Assembly (NCBI GenBank): GCA_964621445.1
Contig: CAZUNO010000004.1
Coordinates: 96,001 to 160,000, forward strand
Source of the DNA: Candidatus Hadarchaeota archaeon
Lineage (GTDB): Archaea > CAYQAE01 > CAYVLA01
Direction: 5' to 3'
DNA: 64,000 nt
Of this stretch, positions 37,275 to 48,092 are shown in pieces (positions within the stretch are counted from its first letter, which is position 1; each line of letters begins with the position of its first letter). A program made the translations under genes and the position numbers. A model generated the notes under the pieces. It had not been told where the DNA came from and did no database searches. It saw only the letters and a list, made by a program, of their open reading frames with translations.

Positions 37275-38372
37275 ATGAGTCTTCAAAGGGGCCTCTCAGC
37301 GGTCAATCTTGATGAGACGGATATCGTTCCCTGGGTGGAATGGTTCTGGCCCATGTCAAGGCAGGCATATCTTCATCTAACCGGTATCGATCCTATTCAA
37401 AATACTGCAAAGGCATGCTTAGCGGTTATCGAGGAATTGGATTTGGACCTAATGTGGGGAGGGATCCACCATCGAGCGGATGCCGAGTCCCTGCCAGGTA
37501 GCAAGGGGTCACGTATTGATCAAGAGGGCAAGAGAGTCGAAGCCTGGGGTGTATTTGGCACCAAGTGGTCCACCGAGGGCGCTCACCTCAGCTCAGGAAG
37601 TAGGGCAACGACCGAGGATGTCCTTACCTTCGATCCCTCCGAATATGATGACCGAACGGTTTCCGAAATTGCCTCCGATCTTTCCAGGATTCATGAGAGG
37701 AATCAAGATGATATAGGTGACATGTGCCTGGTCGCAGAGGCCCACTACACCACGCTTTTCCATTGGTTTTTGGGATTATTTGGGTGGAGGCCCACCATAT
37801 CTGCAGCTTTAGGTCATCCTTCGGATTTTGCCGATCAAATTGAGATGTTTGCATCCCTGTCCAGGAAGTACACGGAAGCCTACGCCAGGGTTCCCGATCT
37901 ACGCGTTTTCATTTCCCATGACGATATCTGTATGAGTAACGGGCCAATCTTCAGCCCCAAGTGGTACAGGAAATACATCTTCCCATACTACTCCTGGATA
38001 TGGGAGCCTCTCAGGGAAAGGGACATTCCCGTCATCTTCTGTTCAGATGGCGATGTCACCCAGGTCGTTGGCGATGTGTTCGATGCAGGGGCGGATGGCT
38101 TCATATTTGAGCCCTATGTAGACTTGAGATGGATGGCCGATAACTGGGGAGGGAAAAGGATATTGATCGGGAACGCGGATACCAGAGTTCTTACCGGAGG
38201 TACCCCGGATGATTGCCGTAGAGAGGCCCAGAGGTGCGTTTCAATATGTGGCGATATGCCTGGGTACTTTCTAAATGCCGGTGGCCAGCTCCCCCACACC
38301 ATACCATGGGCCAATCTCCGGGCCTATCTCGAGGAGTGTCGGTCTTTGAGAAAACGAGAGACACGAGCATAG
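37275..38372 (+). CDS. Uroporphyrinogen decarboxylase / methyltransferase (MtaA/CmuA-like) family protein
   Basis: HDDI...GPIFSPKWYRKYIFPYY, FCSDG, LIGNAD, GYFL...PHTIPWANL. Confidence 0.8.
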   Translation: MSLQRGLSAVNLDETDIVPWVEWFWPMSRQAYLHLTGIDPIQNTAKACLAVIEELDLDLMWGGIHHRADAESLPGSKGSRIDQEGKRVEAWGVFGTKWSTEGAHLSSGSRATTEDVLTFDPSEYDDRTVSEIASDLSRIHERNQDDIGDMCLVAEAHYTTLFHWFLGLFGWRPTISAALGHPSDFADQIEMFASLSRKYTEAYARVPDLRVFISHDDICMSNGPIFSPKWYRKYIFPYYSWIWEPLRERDIPVIFCSDGDVTQVVGDVFDAGADGFIFEPYVDLRWMADNWGGKRILIGNADTRVLTGGTPDDCRREAQRCVSICGDMPGYFLNAGGQLPHTIPWANLRAYLEECRSLRKRETRA

Positions 38373-38415
38373 ACCACGGTTAAAAGATTTATGGCGGGAT
38401 TTCAGGATCATTCCC

Positions 38416-39168
38416 ATGGCAAACGCCGGCTCGGTGGCCAAGTGGTTAGCGGCTTTGGTACTCGCCATGTTTTTGCCTGGGCTGCTGGCCGGACTAATCA
38501 GCCAGATATCATCATTCGTGGGTCTAGCAGGGATCGAGCCCATACCTGATATAGCGTCGACCATCGATGCGCTTTATGCATTTTCCAGGAATCTGGGGTT
38601 TATTCTGGTTGTTGGAGGATCATTGGGAATTATTCTCTCCTTCAAGTCCGAGGAACTGCCCGTTTTGGGAACGATTGGCTGGTATATTCACCTAGTGAGC
38701 CACGAACTAATCCATGCACTGATGGCAAAGCTATGTGGTTATAGGATAAAGGAGTTCAAGCTAACCAAGCATGGTGGCTATGTCGCCTACTTCAAGCCCG
38801 AGTCAAAGGGCAACTTTCTAATAAGCCTCGGTCCCTACCTATTTCCGCTAGTACCGCTGGTGTTGCTTGTTGCCTGCTACTTCTCGGGGGGAATTCTAAG
38901 GCAGGTAATTGTATTCCTGCTGGGGGCATCCCTGGGGTCACATATTGCCGGCACTTCTCGCGAGGCCTTTCACCAGTATGATGTGAGACACGTCGGCATA
39001 TTTTTTTCGGTCATGGTTATCATGATTTGGAATGCATTCCTGGTGGTATTGATCATGGCCATGGTTGCGCCCTCGCGTGTTTCGCTTTGGCTTTTCCTGG
39101 AAACCAGCCTTCGTTTCGATGCCTGGTACCTGTCATCCTTGTACCGTTTCCTGCTCCGAATCACTTAA
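38416..39168 (+). CDS. Membrane zinc metallopeptidase (M50B-like)
   Basis: HELIH (HExxH), GGYV, ISLGPY, several TM helices. Confidence 0.75.
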   Translation: MANAGSVAKWLAALVLAMFLPGLLAGLISQISSFVGLAGIEPIPDIASTIDALYAFSRNLGFILVVGGSLGIILSFKSEELPVLGTIGWYIHLVSHELIHALMAKLCGYRIKEFKLTKHGGYVAYFKPESKGNFLISLGPYLFPLVPLVLLVACYFSGGILRQVIVFLLGASLGSHIAGTSREAFHQYDVRHVGIFFSVMVIMIWNAFLVVLIMAMVAPSRVSLWLFLETSLRFDAWYLSSLYRFLLRIT

Positions 39169-40267
39169 CATCGACTAAATTATACTCGCTGGAGCCCAGG
39201 CCCGCCTCCTCTGCGGCCTCGATTTGCCCCACGGGATCAAGACCGTGGATTCCCTTGAATTTCTTGTCATTCGATTCTAGCCCCTCTTCGGATGCCACGG
39301 AGTTAGGGAGGGATGGTGCCTCGGTGATAAGATCGAGGGAAGCCTTCTCCAGGGAAACGATATCTGTGGATGCCAGAATTCCAAAATCCTGGACTATGGG
39401 GTTATCCGAAAAAGGAGCACAGTCACACTCTGGGCCTATGCCGGTAAGGAAATTGACGAAAAGCACCCTGTTTTCCTCAAAGGTTGAAAGAACACCGCTA
39501 ACTCCATCCACCAGTGCCTGCAGGAAATTCTTTCTCATAGGTGAGGGACGCTTAAGACCTTCGTGCGTACATTCCCGAACGCAACGCATGCACCTCTCGC
39601 ACTTCTCAACATCGAACTCTATCTTTCCATCCACCAAGCTGATTGCCCCATAATTACAGGCCTCAACGCAGTCCCCACATGCAATGCACTTCTCCGAATT
39701 CCATATTGGGGGATCGACATTCACGGATCTGTGGATTTTTCCCTTGGAACTCCTGGCCGTACATCCCATGGCTATGTTCTTTATGGATCCGGCAAATGAC
39801 GCGTTGCCGTGCCCGGTAACATGGGTAAGGACTATCATGGATGGGGAGTGATATATTCCGGATGGGACGTCCACCTCCTTCACTATCTTGCCCCCGGTCT
39901 CAACGGTCTTGAAATCCTCGCCCTTGAATCCGTCCACTATTATTATCGGGCATCCCAGCGTCCCCTGATTATATCCTCTTCGATGTGCTATCTCCAGATA
40001 TCGCACCGCGTCCGGTCTACAGCTTTCCGCTATGAACGGCCTAGCCCCCGTCAATCTCACCTTGTTAATAACTCCATTAACGAATTCTGGTCGAATTGTC
40101 CTAAATCCTCCCGAAGAACCAAGGTGCATCTTTAGGGCAACTAGGTCATCATCTACCACGGTCCCTGGTAATCCCGCGGTATCTAGTAGATCGGGTACCT
40201 TCATTAGAAGACTTCTTTCTCCTTCCGCCCTGCTCGCTCTTGAACCAGCAAATGCAACATCGGTCAT
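39161..40267 (-). CDS. DUF362 protein with 2x[4Fe-4S] ferredoxin domain
   Basis: ALKMHLG, THVTGH...GSIKNIAMGC, CIACGDCVEAC and CERCMRCVREC, ECDC. Confidence 0.9.
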   Translation of the reverse strand: MTDVAFAGSRASRAEGERSLLMKVPDLLDTAGLPGTVVDDDLVALKMHLGSSGGFRTIRPEFVNGVINKVRLTGARPFIAESCRPDAVRYLEIAHRRGYNQGTLGCPIIIVDGFKGEDFKTVETGGKIVKEVDVPSGIYHSPSMIVLTHVTGHGNASFAGSIKNIAMGCTARSSKGKIHRSVNVDPPIWNSEKCIACGDCVEACNYGAISLVDGKIEFDVEKCERCMRCVRECTHEGLKRPSPMRKNFLQALVDGVSGVLSTFEENRVLFVNFLTGIGPECDCAPFSDNPIVQDFGILASTDIVSLEKASLDLITEAPSLPNSVASEEGLESNDKKFKGIHGLDPVGQIEAAEEAGLGSSEYNLVDVK

Positions 40268-40652
40268 GGAGTGGAGCGAGGTAATGTGTCTTATAAGTTG
40301 GACGTCTGACCGACCTTAAAGCGGCCATTCCGCAGACCGGCCTGAACCACGATTTCGGAGAAATTCTTTCGGAAATTAATGGCCTTGACCCTACGGAAGA
40401 ACATAATGGCTACGCAAGCACGGCAACGGGTTGATCATCGGCCGATTTATAACCATCCAATAATAATCCAGACCAATTTTGGAGCAACCCTTTTTCACGA
40501 AACTTTTTGATGACCCTCCTCCCAAAGCTTGCAGAGTGGAGTGAGTTTGCTCACGTGATTGAGGAAATTAAGGGGGTTGCAGTCCTTGAGGAACCCTGGA
40601 GCTGGGATACGTTTTTCAGGGTATTGTGTTCCAACATGATTGAGGAGATCAG

Positions 40653-41474
40653 ATGTCCCAGGGTAGCGAACCAAAAATTGGGGTTATACACTATAATTTC
40701 CCCGGATATACCATGGAGGACTTCCTGTCCTATGCCCAAGACACCGGGTTTAAATATGTGGAGATTCAGATAGGCGACGTATGGGATGAGGAAAATCCAT
40801 TATCGGAAGGCAAGGAACGAGCACGAAAACTTCGCGGCAGGCTGGAGGAGCATGGTCTCAAGGTTTCCTCCCTATCGGCCAAGAACGATTTCGTTTACCT
40901 GGACACAGAAATGATAGAAGCCGAGGTCGCCCGTATGGAAAAGGTCTGCGATCTGGCCGAGATATTGGGAACCAGTGTACTCAGAACCGAGGGCGGAAGG
41001 CCAAAGGAGTCAGTTCCCGAGAGCAAATGGGCCGAGGCCATATCCACCTGCCTCAAAGGATGTGTCCCCTTCACCGAAAAGCGGGGTTTCTATCTTGCTT
41101 TGGACAATCACGGATTAACCACCAATGACGGAGACCGCCAACTCAGGATCTTCGAGGAGGTTGGCTCCGATCACGTTGGAGCGAACATGGACGTCATGAA
41201 CTACCGTTGGTTCGGCCATGATCTTGATACGGTCTATAGATTCTACGAGCTCATCGCTCCCTACACATTCCACCTACACATGAAGGATGGTTTTGGCTCC
41301 AGAGAAAACTATGAATGCAAGTCACTAGGAGAGGGAGAGCTGGACCTTCACAGGGCAATTTCTGCATTGAAGGATGCCGACTACGAAGGCGTTTGGTGCG
41401 TGGAATACGAGGGGAAGGAGGACCCTGCCGTAGGATACCGAAAGGGGCTGGAATATTTGGAGAAGAACCTCTAG
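40653..41474 (+). CDS. Sugar phosphate isomerase/epimerase
   Basis: LALDNHG, ANMDVMNY, HLHMKDG, LGEGELD, YEGVWCVEYEG. Confidence 0.88.
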   Translation: MSQGSEPKIGVIHYNFPGYTMEDFLSYAQDTGFKYVEIQIGDVWDEENPLSEGKERARKLRGRLEEHGLKVSSLSAKNDFVYLDTEMIEAEVARMEKVCDLAEILGTSVLRTEGGRPKESVPESKWAEAISTCLKGCVPFTEKRGFYLALDNHGLTTNDGDRQLRIFEEVGSDHVGANMDVMNYRWFGHDLDTVYRFYELIAPYTFHLHMKDGFGSRENYECKSLGEGELDLHRAISALKDADYEGVWCVEYEGKEDPAVGYRKGLEYLEKNL

Positions 41475-44224
41475 GCTTCTTCTCCCTGCTGGGCCAGTAT
41501 TCCATCGATCTCTATCCTAATCTCTTCTGCTGCAGCAAGCTCCCGGCCGTACTCCACGAAGTCACCCTGGCTACGGTATTCCTCGGCCCTGTCAATGTGA
41601 TCGAAATACTGCTCAATAAGCTCCTCAAGGGTCTCCCCGCTGGGGGGAGTAGGCGGTTCAGTGCCGGTTATAACCAATGAAACCGCATCGGGAAGTGTAT
41701 CAGCCATCACCACGTTATTCTTGTGAACAGCGATCACCTTCTTGAGCTCGGGTATCTCCGACTGCTCGGCGGATAGATACAGGGGCTCTATGTATAGCAC
41801 CGATCCCTCAACCGGCAATACCAGGGTGTTACCCCTTATTACCCTCGAACCCCCGGTATTCCAGAGAGATATGCTCTTTGAGATATCCTCGTCCTGGTCT
41901 ATCACGGCCTCAATCTGCATGGGGCCGGGTACCAGTATCCCCTTGGGGAAGCGGAATATCATCACGGTTCCATAGTTATCGGGGTCCTGAAGTGCACTGA
42001 CCCAGGCTATCATATTTTGCTTGCCCTTGGGCGTGAAGGGTTGGATGAGCGCGAAGTCCGTTATCTCTGAATCCTCCGCGGCTAGCAGAATATTGTAGGG
42101 CTCAACCCTGCTGCTCTGGCTCTGGTACTGCTCGGTTGCCGGCGTCCACACGTCCTCTTTATTGTAGAAGGTCTTGTAATCCTCCATATGATAGGTAGAA
42201 TAACGGGCCATCTCCAATTCGAAAAGGTCCTCCGGATACCTCAGGTGTCGCCTGAATTCCTGAGGCATTTGTTTGCCGTCCGTTAGAAGGTCGGGGAATA
42301 TCTTTGAGAAAGTCCTGACCACCGGATCGTCCTCATCTATGATGTACAACCACATCTCGCCGCTGTAGGCATCAGTAATTATCTTGACGCTGTCCCGAAC
42401 ATAGTTTACCCTTTGCCCCTGTAACCAACCGTACTCTGAATAGGGATATCTATCGCTGTGGGTGATACCACTGGCCATCCAGTACAGCCTTCCGTTTTCC
42501 ACAAAGGGGTAGGGATCATCATCAATTACCAGGAAGGGAGCGACCAGCTTAATCCTCTCTAGTATCTGTCTCCTAATTATCAGCCGGGACTCCTTGGACA
42601 CGTAATGGGAAAAAAGCATCTTGGTGCTTCCCGTATGTACCGCAGCGATGCCCTTACGAAGTCCATTTTTGAGTTGGATGCCACTGTCCGCCTCATAGCG
42701 ATAGAATTTATTCACGTTACCGCTGGGATAATCAAATTCATCGATTCCCTCCGCGTTGACCACGATGTAATCATCGGTGAGCTCCCCGAAGTAAATCCTT
42801 GGCTGTTCGATCTTGATCTCCGGCCAATCGGTTGAAGGAGGGATGTCCTTGACAACCACCTCGGGCAGGCCATCCTGGTCGACGAGGTTGACCGGTGCGA
42901 TGACCACCCCGAATCCGTGGGTGTACTGGAGATGACGGTTGGCCCAGGTTCTGGCAGCGGACTCAAGTTTGCTGGTCATCATCTCTCGGGCCCCGATCAT
43001 TACCTCGGTACGCTCCCCGGAAACTATGTATCGATCCACATCCGGATCCAAGAACTCATAATACGAACGTATCTCCTGTTTCTGTTGGAAGACGGCCTTG
43101 GTAGGCTTATAATCCAGTATCCTGGCGTTCTTTATGGTGGGGGAGGATAGAGCCTCCTGCGCAGTCAGGTTGACATATGTGGGATCATACTCCGTGCTCA
43201 CAACATCGGCAAGGGAATATCCTGATAGGGTGTAGTTGATATGGCGCTCTATGTACTCCTGCTGTATTCCCGGTTCGTTCGGGGTAACTGTGATGGAGTC
43301 AATGACTGGGAAAATAATTATCTGGAATAGCAATAGCACCCCGACAACGGCGGCAGTCCCTTGTACCCACCTAACTGCAATGGCCCCGCTTCTCCACTTT
43401 TGACTACTCAACCTACCTGTGAAGAAGAAAATGGCAACACCAGAGAGGATTACCAGAAGACTGGCCACCAGATAGAAGGGGAGCTTGTATGTTACGTCCA
43501 TGAACTCGGCTCCAACCGGTATTGCACTAGCCGCATTCGCGGCCCGAAGCAGGCCATACCTGGCCAGGTATATCCTGACTCCAACCAGAACGAATATGAT
43601 GGAGGCCAGGAAACGGAGGTGTAATGATTTCTCAAATATCTCTATGCTGGGATGCCTGGCGTAAGCTATGATGATTACAGGGAGGCTCACCAGAATGCAG
43701 ATGAAGGCCAGGGCGATCATTGCGCCAATCAAGGTAGTCAGGAATGGGAAGGTGAACACGTGAAATGAGAGATCTAGTCCAAAAAGGGGGTCGGTTTTTC
43801 CAAAAGGTGTTTTATTCAGGTAGGCTAACACCGTGAGCCAGTTCCTGCTGATCACGAATCCGAAACCGAGCGAAATAAGGGCGCCAACTAGCAGGAAAGG
43901 CAGGTTACCAAAATCCGGGATCTGGCTGGCAGCGGCAGAAGCCGGATAATTATCAGCGGCCTGATCGGCTTGCCTGCTTGAAAGCTTCACCGAAAGGTAT
44001 ATGGCAAGGAAACTCAGGCCTGCAGATAGGCCAAATAGTGCCCATCTGGCCCATATCCTGGTGAAGAACACGCTCAGGAACCCCACGTCGGTGTACCACC
44101 ACCAGTCCATAAGGACGCTTGGCATCACCACCAGCAGTACGCCCGCTGCGGCTAGGAGAATAACCAGGGCGATCACGGGTTTGACGGGGAGTGGGGATAA
44201 AGGGGGTGCCTCTCTAGGTTTCAA
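41471..44224 (-). CDS. UPF0182 family membrane protein
   Basis: DWWWY...F, FGKTDPLFGLDLSF, PNE, YYEFLDPDVDRY, HLQYTHGFG, PRIYFGE, NYVRDSVK, HLRYPEDLF, LYIEPLY. Confidence 0.93.
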   Translation of the reverse strand: MKPREAPPLSPLPVKPVIALVILLAAAGVLLVVMPSVLMDWWWYTDVGFLSVFFTRIWARWALFGLSAGLSFLAIYLSVKLSSRQADQAADNYPASAAASQIPDFGNLPFLLVGALISLGFGFVISRNWLTVLAYLNKTPFGKTDPLFGLDLSFHVFTFPFLTTLIGAMIALAFICILVSLPVIIIAYARHPSIEIFEKSLHLRFLASIIFVLVGVRIYLARYGLLRAANAASAIPVGAEFMDVTYKLPFYLVASLLVILSGVAIFFFTGRLSSQKWRSGAIAVRWVQGTAAVVGVLLLFQIIIFPVIDSITVTPNEPGIQQEYIERHINYTLSGYSLADVVSTEYDPTYVNLTAQEALSSPTIKNARILDYKPTKAVFQQKQEIRSYYEFLDPDVDRYIVSGERTEVMIGAREMMTSKLESAARTWANRHLQYTHGFGVVIAPVNLVDQDGLPEVVVKDIPPSTDWPEIKIEQPRIYFGELTDDYIVVNAEGIDEFDYPSGNVNKFYRYEADSGIQLKNGLRKGIAAVHTGSTKMLFSHYVSKESRLIIRRQILERIKLVAPFLVIDDDPYPFVENGRLYWMASGITHSDRYPYSEYGWLQGQRVNYVRDSVKIITDAYSGEMWLYIIDEDDPVVRTFSKIFPDLLTDGKQMPQEFRRHLRYPEDLFELEMARYSTYHMEDYKTFYNKEDVWTPATEQYQSQSSRVEPYNILLAAEDSEITDFALIQPFTPKGKQNMIAWVSALQDPDNYGTVMIFRFPKGILVPGPMQIEAVIDQDEDISKSISLWNTGGSRVIRGNTLVLPVEGSVLYIEPLYLSAEQSEIPELKKVIAVHKNNVVMADTLPDAVSLVITGTEPPTPPSGETLEELIEQYFDHIDRAEEYRSQGDFVEYGRELAAAEEIRIEIDGILAQQGEEA

Positions 44225-44345
44225 TCTTTACACCTTTTCCCATGGCTTTGGCTTGAGTTCTGATAAAGGTTGTGCAAGAGCCAACTCGGTGACCTGTAAT
44301 ACATGGCTTGACCTCATATATAAGCTTCAACCTCCATCTGGTATC

Positions 44346-44897
44346 GTGATCCGCACCATTCTAATCACCGGGGACAGGGCCGCCGGCAAGAGCAGCTCCT
44401 GCCTTTTCGTGCTGAAAAAGGCCAGAGAAACGGGAATGGATACTGGCGGAATAATCTCAATCAGGGTAATGGAAGAGGAAAGGACAATAGGCTATGATGG
44501 ACTGGACTGCTCCAACGATGATAGATTTCCCTTGTCAAGAAAAAAGGAAAAGACTCAAGGCGGAGATTGGTTCTGCGTTGGGGATATGACATTCGCCTTT
44601 TCAAGGGCTGGGTTTTCGAAGGCAAATTGCATTCTGGCAAGAAGCGCCTTCAGACAACCAGATATTTTATTTTTAGACGAGATCGGCAAGCTGGAAATGA
44701 GAATGATGGGGTTTCATGAAGGAATGGTATCGATTTGCGATAGCCGGCCTCCCGGCTTGGCACTTTTGTCCTGCCGCGTAGAGGCAACCCCCTGGATCAG
44801 GGACCAATGGTCAAATTGCTTTAGGATATCAGGTGAGTGGATACCCGGAAATGAATCAGAGCTGTGGAGGACGGTTCTGAGCTCCATTGAGGAGTAG
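44346..44897 (+). CDS. P-loop NTPase (THEP1/DUF2478-like)
   Basis: ITGDRAAGKSS Walker A, LFLDEIGKLE. Likely start GTG 44346. Confidence 0.8.
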   Translation: MIRTILITGDRAAGKSSSCLFVLKKARETGMDTGGIISIRVMEEERTIGYDGLDCSNDDRFPLSRKKEKTQGGDWFCVGDMTFAFSRAGFSKANCILARSAFRQPDILFLDEIGKLEMRMMGFHEGMVSICDSRPPGLALLSCRVEATPWIRDQWSNCFRISGEWIPGNESELWRTVLSSIEE

Positions 44898-44909
44898 TAT
44901 GGTTACCAG

Positions 44910-46708
44910 CTACTCCCTTAGGCCATTTCTCGAGGAAAAATGGAGGCTCAGGGCGTACAGGAACGGTAAAAGTGCCATAGTGGAGGCCTCCGAGATCGCT
45001 TTTGACCATTTGGCCAACCCATCATAGAGGGAGGCCTGGCCGGGGACCGACTTGCCTTCCTCAAGGATCCTCTCAGCATTGGAAAGAGTCCTAAGAAGAT
45101 TCAGGGGTATGGGTGAATCCCTGGGATTTGCCAGGCCCTGCTCGACCATGGGCTTGACCTTTCCCAGTAATCTGTTGTATGCATCCTCCCTTAGATCCGC
45201 CATCATGCCTGGGAAGATGAATAATCTCCTCTATCAATGGCCTCCTTAGCATTACTCAGATCACGATTAATTTGAGTAAAGTTGCACAGACCAAGGTCCT
45301 GGTTAAACCCAAGGAGGCTCTCCATCTCCTGCACCATGACAAAAACCTCTGTTTTTATCAGGTCCTGATCCTTCAAACCTGCCAGCACACACGGTATTTC
45401 ATCCGGGTTTAGGAATAGATCCTCGTCCAGTTGGATTTTTTCTTGCTGAGGTTTTTTCCCACATAGACAAGATCCTAGCTTTCGGTGATTACCGTGAAGT
45501 TCCTCACGACCTCGATGGGAAGCGTCCCCTTCTCCTTTGTTCGGTAGGGGATGAGAAAAAGGGAGTCACCCTCCTTGGGTCCCATATTAGGCTCTTGCTT
45601 CAACGCCTGGACTCAGGTGAAAAAATTGGAACTGGTTCCCCATCACTCCGGTTGAAATAGAAATAATGCTCAATTGTCTTGAAGATTAGCTCATATCCAA
45701 GGTCCCTGTGCTGGGGGTACCTGTTTCCGAAATGGAGCCACATGGCCTCGTTTTGCCTAAGCATCGCCTCGGTATGGGTAAGCACCCCCCATACCTTTAT
45801 GCTCCCCAGTCCAGGGAGGAATTTGCCGTTCAAACCATTATCTTTCCACATCTCCTAATAGGTATCCATCCCCTCCTCCCCGCCGAGCCTGAAGCCGGGA
45901 TGGGATTGCTCGTTTTACCCGGTCACCGGCGCTTGTTCGGTCATGAATGCATCCAGTATGGTTTAATAGAACCAGCAGTCCTCGAAATAGAGAATTCCCA
46001 TTGAAAAGTTTGGGTTAATCTCGTGAATCTTTTCCGCGGTTATTGAGCCATGGTTTACACCCGGTCTCGTATCCAGCCTCTATAGTCATGCAACAGCCCG
46101 TTTTCGCGGAGCCAGAAGTAACGCTCATTAGTTGCTAGCGGAGGTATTTGCGCCCCCCGTCTCGTTGGAAAACTCCTCCAGAGACCGATCATCATAGGTA
46201 TAATATGTAGGCACGAAGGTGTCATGGCCGTAAAGCTCCATATCCCACAATATGCCCCATATAGGGGTAATGCAGCGAGAGATTAGCGGTTATCATGGCT
46301 GACTCTTCAACCATCAAGTACCACCAGGTCTCATCTATGGGGGGAGGGGGTGTGGACCTCTACGACCTCATCGGGGCCAACCGCCCTGGTATAATTGAAG
46401 TCAATTCTGTCCCAGTTTACCTGCATATAGTACGGACCAGCGATGTAGGTTATGTTATTTTCAGATGCTTCGAGGCTTTCCAGCCCGTACTTCTCCTCGG
46501 AATACTCATTGGGCCATAGCCAGTTGCCTCCATTTCCATAGTAGGCGTCTATACCCGTTTCTCCTAACCCCGTGAAATTATATCTCCAATAGGAGCTGGA
46601 GGGCCTGTAAATGGCCCTGGAAAAGGGTATCTCCTTATTGGTCCCCGCAAACCCGGCTACGGCAAGCACGGCCATCAATAAAATTAAGGAAATATTACGG
46701 AGGTGCAT
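44910..46708 (-). pseudogene. Decayed paralog of the exported GH-like gene at 1-1624
   Basis: Colinear fragments (GPYY...FNYTRAV...TPSP; ANLSL...WGILWDMELY; KIHEINP...GILYFED; NGKFLPG; PMVEQGLANPRDSPIP) are broken by several frameshifts and in-frame TAA/TAG codons. Confidence 0.85.
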
Positions 46709-46838
46709 GGCCAGCAGTAGGTTAGATCGGCTGAAAAGTATCGGTATATCTAACCATACCTAGCTTCTTGAACTTTACTTTCGTGGAGAAGAAACACATT
46801 ATAGAAGGGATAAGGGCTCACGGCGAGAAAGTGGTATT

Positions 46839-48092
46839 ATGGTCGAACTTGCAATCAAAGGGGGCAAGCCGATAGCTCCCCAGGGCCTCCAAACCAATTG
46901 GCCGATTTTTGATAGTTCTGATCGGGATGCGATAGTTGATGTTCTAGAAAGTGGTTCCTGGTGGTCTCTAAGCCATGACCCGGAATCAAAGAATGGTGAG
47001 TTTGAAGAGGCGTTCACCCAATACCTGGGAGCAGAATTTGGAATAACCGTCGACAATGGAACCGACGCCATCGCCCTTGCCCTGAAGGCCTGTGGAGTAG
47101 AGGCAGGGGATGAAGTTATCGTTCCTGCAGTTAGCTTCGTGGCCACGGCCACGGCCGTTGTACAGGTGAACGGAATACCCGTTTTCGCGGATATCACTCC
47201 CGATACCTACCAGATCGATCCCCAGGATGTAGAAAATAGGATAACCGATCAAACCAAGGCCATAATTCCAGTTCATTATGGGGGTTATCCAGCTGACATG
47301 GATGAGATCATGGATATCGCGGATCGCCATCATCTCTATGTCATCGAGGATGCGGCCGAGGCGCACGGATCCGAATGGAGGGGGGAAAAAGTGGGGTCCA
47401 TAGGTGACCTCGGCACATTCAGCTTCCAGCAGGGCAAACCCTTGGCATGTGGAGAAGGCGGTTTCGTTACCACAAACTCCCGTGAACTGGCTGGCAAGTG
47501 CATATCATTTGCAAACTTCGGCCGCAAGATCGGTGGGGATAAATACGAGCATCACTGGATGGGCTGGAACATGAGGATGACCGAGTTTCAGGCAGCCCTT
47601 CTTCTCTGCCAGCTAAAAAGATTGCCAAAACAGACCGAGGTCAGGCACGAAAACGGCAAGTATCTAACAAAGCAGCTCGAAAACATCGATGGCCTGAGCG
47701 GCTTGAAAACGGATCCCCGGATAACAAGCAAGGGCTACTACTTCTACCTAATGCGATTCGATTCCAATGGGTTTGGAGGAATAAGCAGGGATGTTTTCCT
47801 CGAGGCCCTTAGGGCTGAGGGAATCAAGGCCGGTCAGGCGCATAATCATCCGCTCTACAAAAACCCCCTATTCAGAGACATGGCCTTTGGGAGCACGGGT
47901 TGCCCCATTAGTTGCCCCCTCCATAGGGGGGAGGTGGACTATAAATCGGTAAGCTGTCCTGTTGCCGAAAGGGTCTACCAGGAAGAGGTCGTGGCATTGG
48001 GAAAGGACTTCCTAATGGATCGTAGTCAAGTCCAGCTCGTAGTTGATGCCATCTTGAAGATTAGGGAGAACGTGGAGGAGCTTAAGGATTAG
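46839..48092 (+). CDS. DegT/DnrJ/EryC1/StrS family PLP aminotransferase
   Basis: NGTDA, PVHYGG, IEDAAEAHG, FSFQQGKPLACGEGG, NMRMTEFQAA. Confidence 0.95.
   Translation: MVELAIKGGKPIAPQGLQTNWPIFDSSDRDAIVDVLESGSWWSLSHDPESKNGEFEEAFTQYLGAEFGITVDNGTDAIALALKACGVEAGDEVIVPAVSFVATATAVVQVNGIPVFADITPDTYQIDPQDVENRITDQTKAIIPVHYGGYPADMDEIMDIADRHHLYVIEDAAEAHGSEWRGEKVGSIGDLGTFSFQQGKPLACGEGGFVTTNSRELAGKCISFANFGRKIGGDKYEHHWMGWNMRMTEFQAALLLCQLKRLPKQTEVRHENGKYLTKQLENIDGLSGLKTDPRITSKGYYFYLMRFDSNGFGGISRDVFLEALRAEGIKAGQAHNHPLYKNPLFRDMAFGSTGCPISCPLHRGEVDYKSVSCPVAERVYQEEVVALGKDFLMDRSQVQLVVDAILKIRENVEELKD

Noticed and set aside
40507-40773. 88-aa and 62-aa ORFs around the epimerase start
   Set aside because: They overlap the real gene in other frames and have no recognisable motifs.
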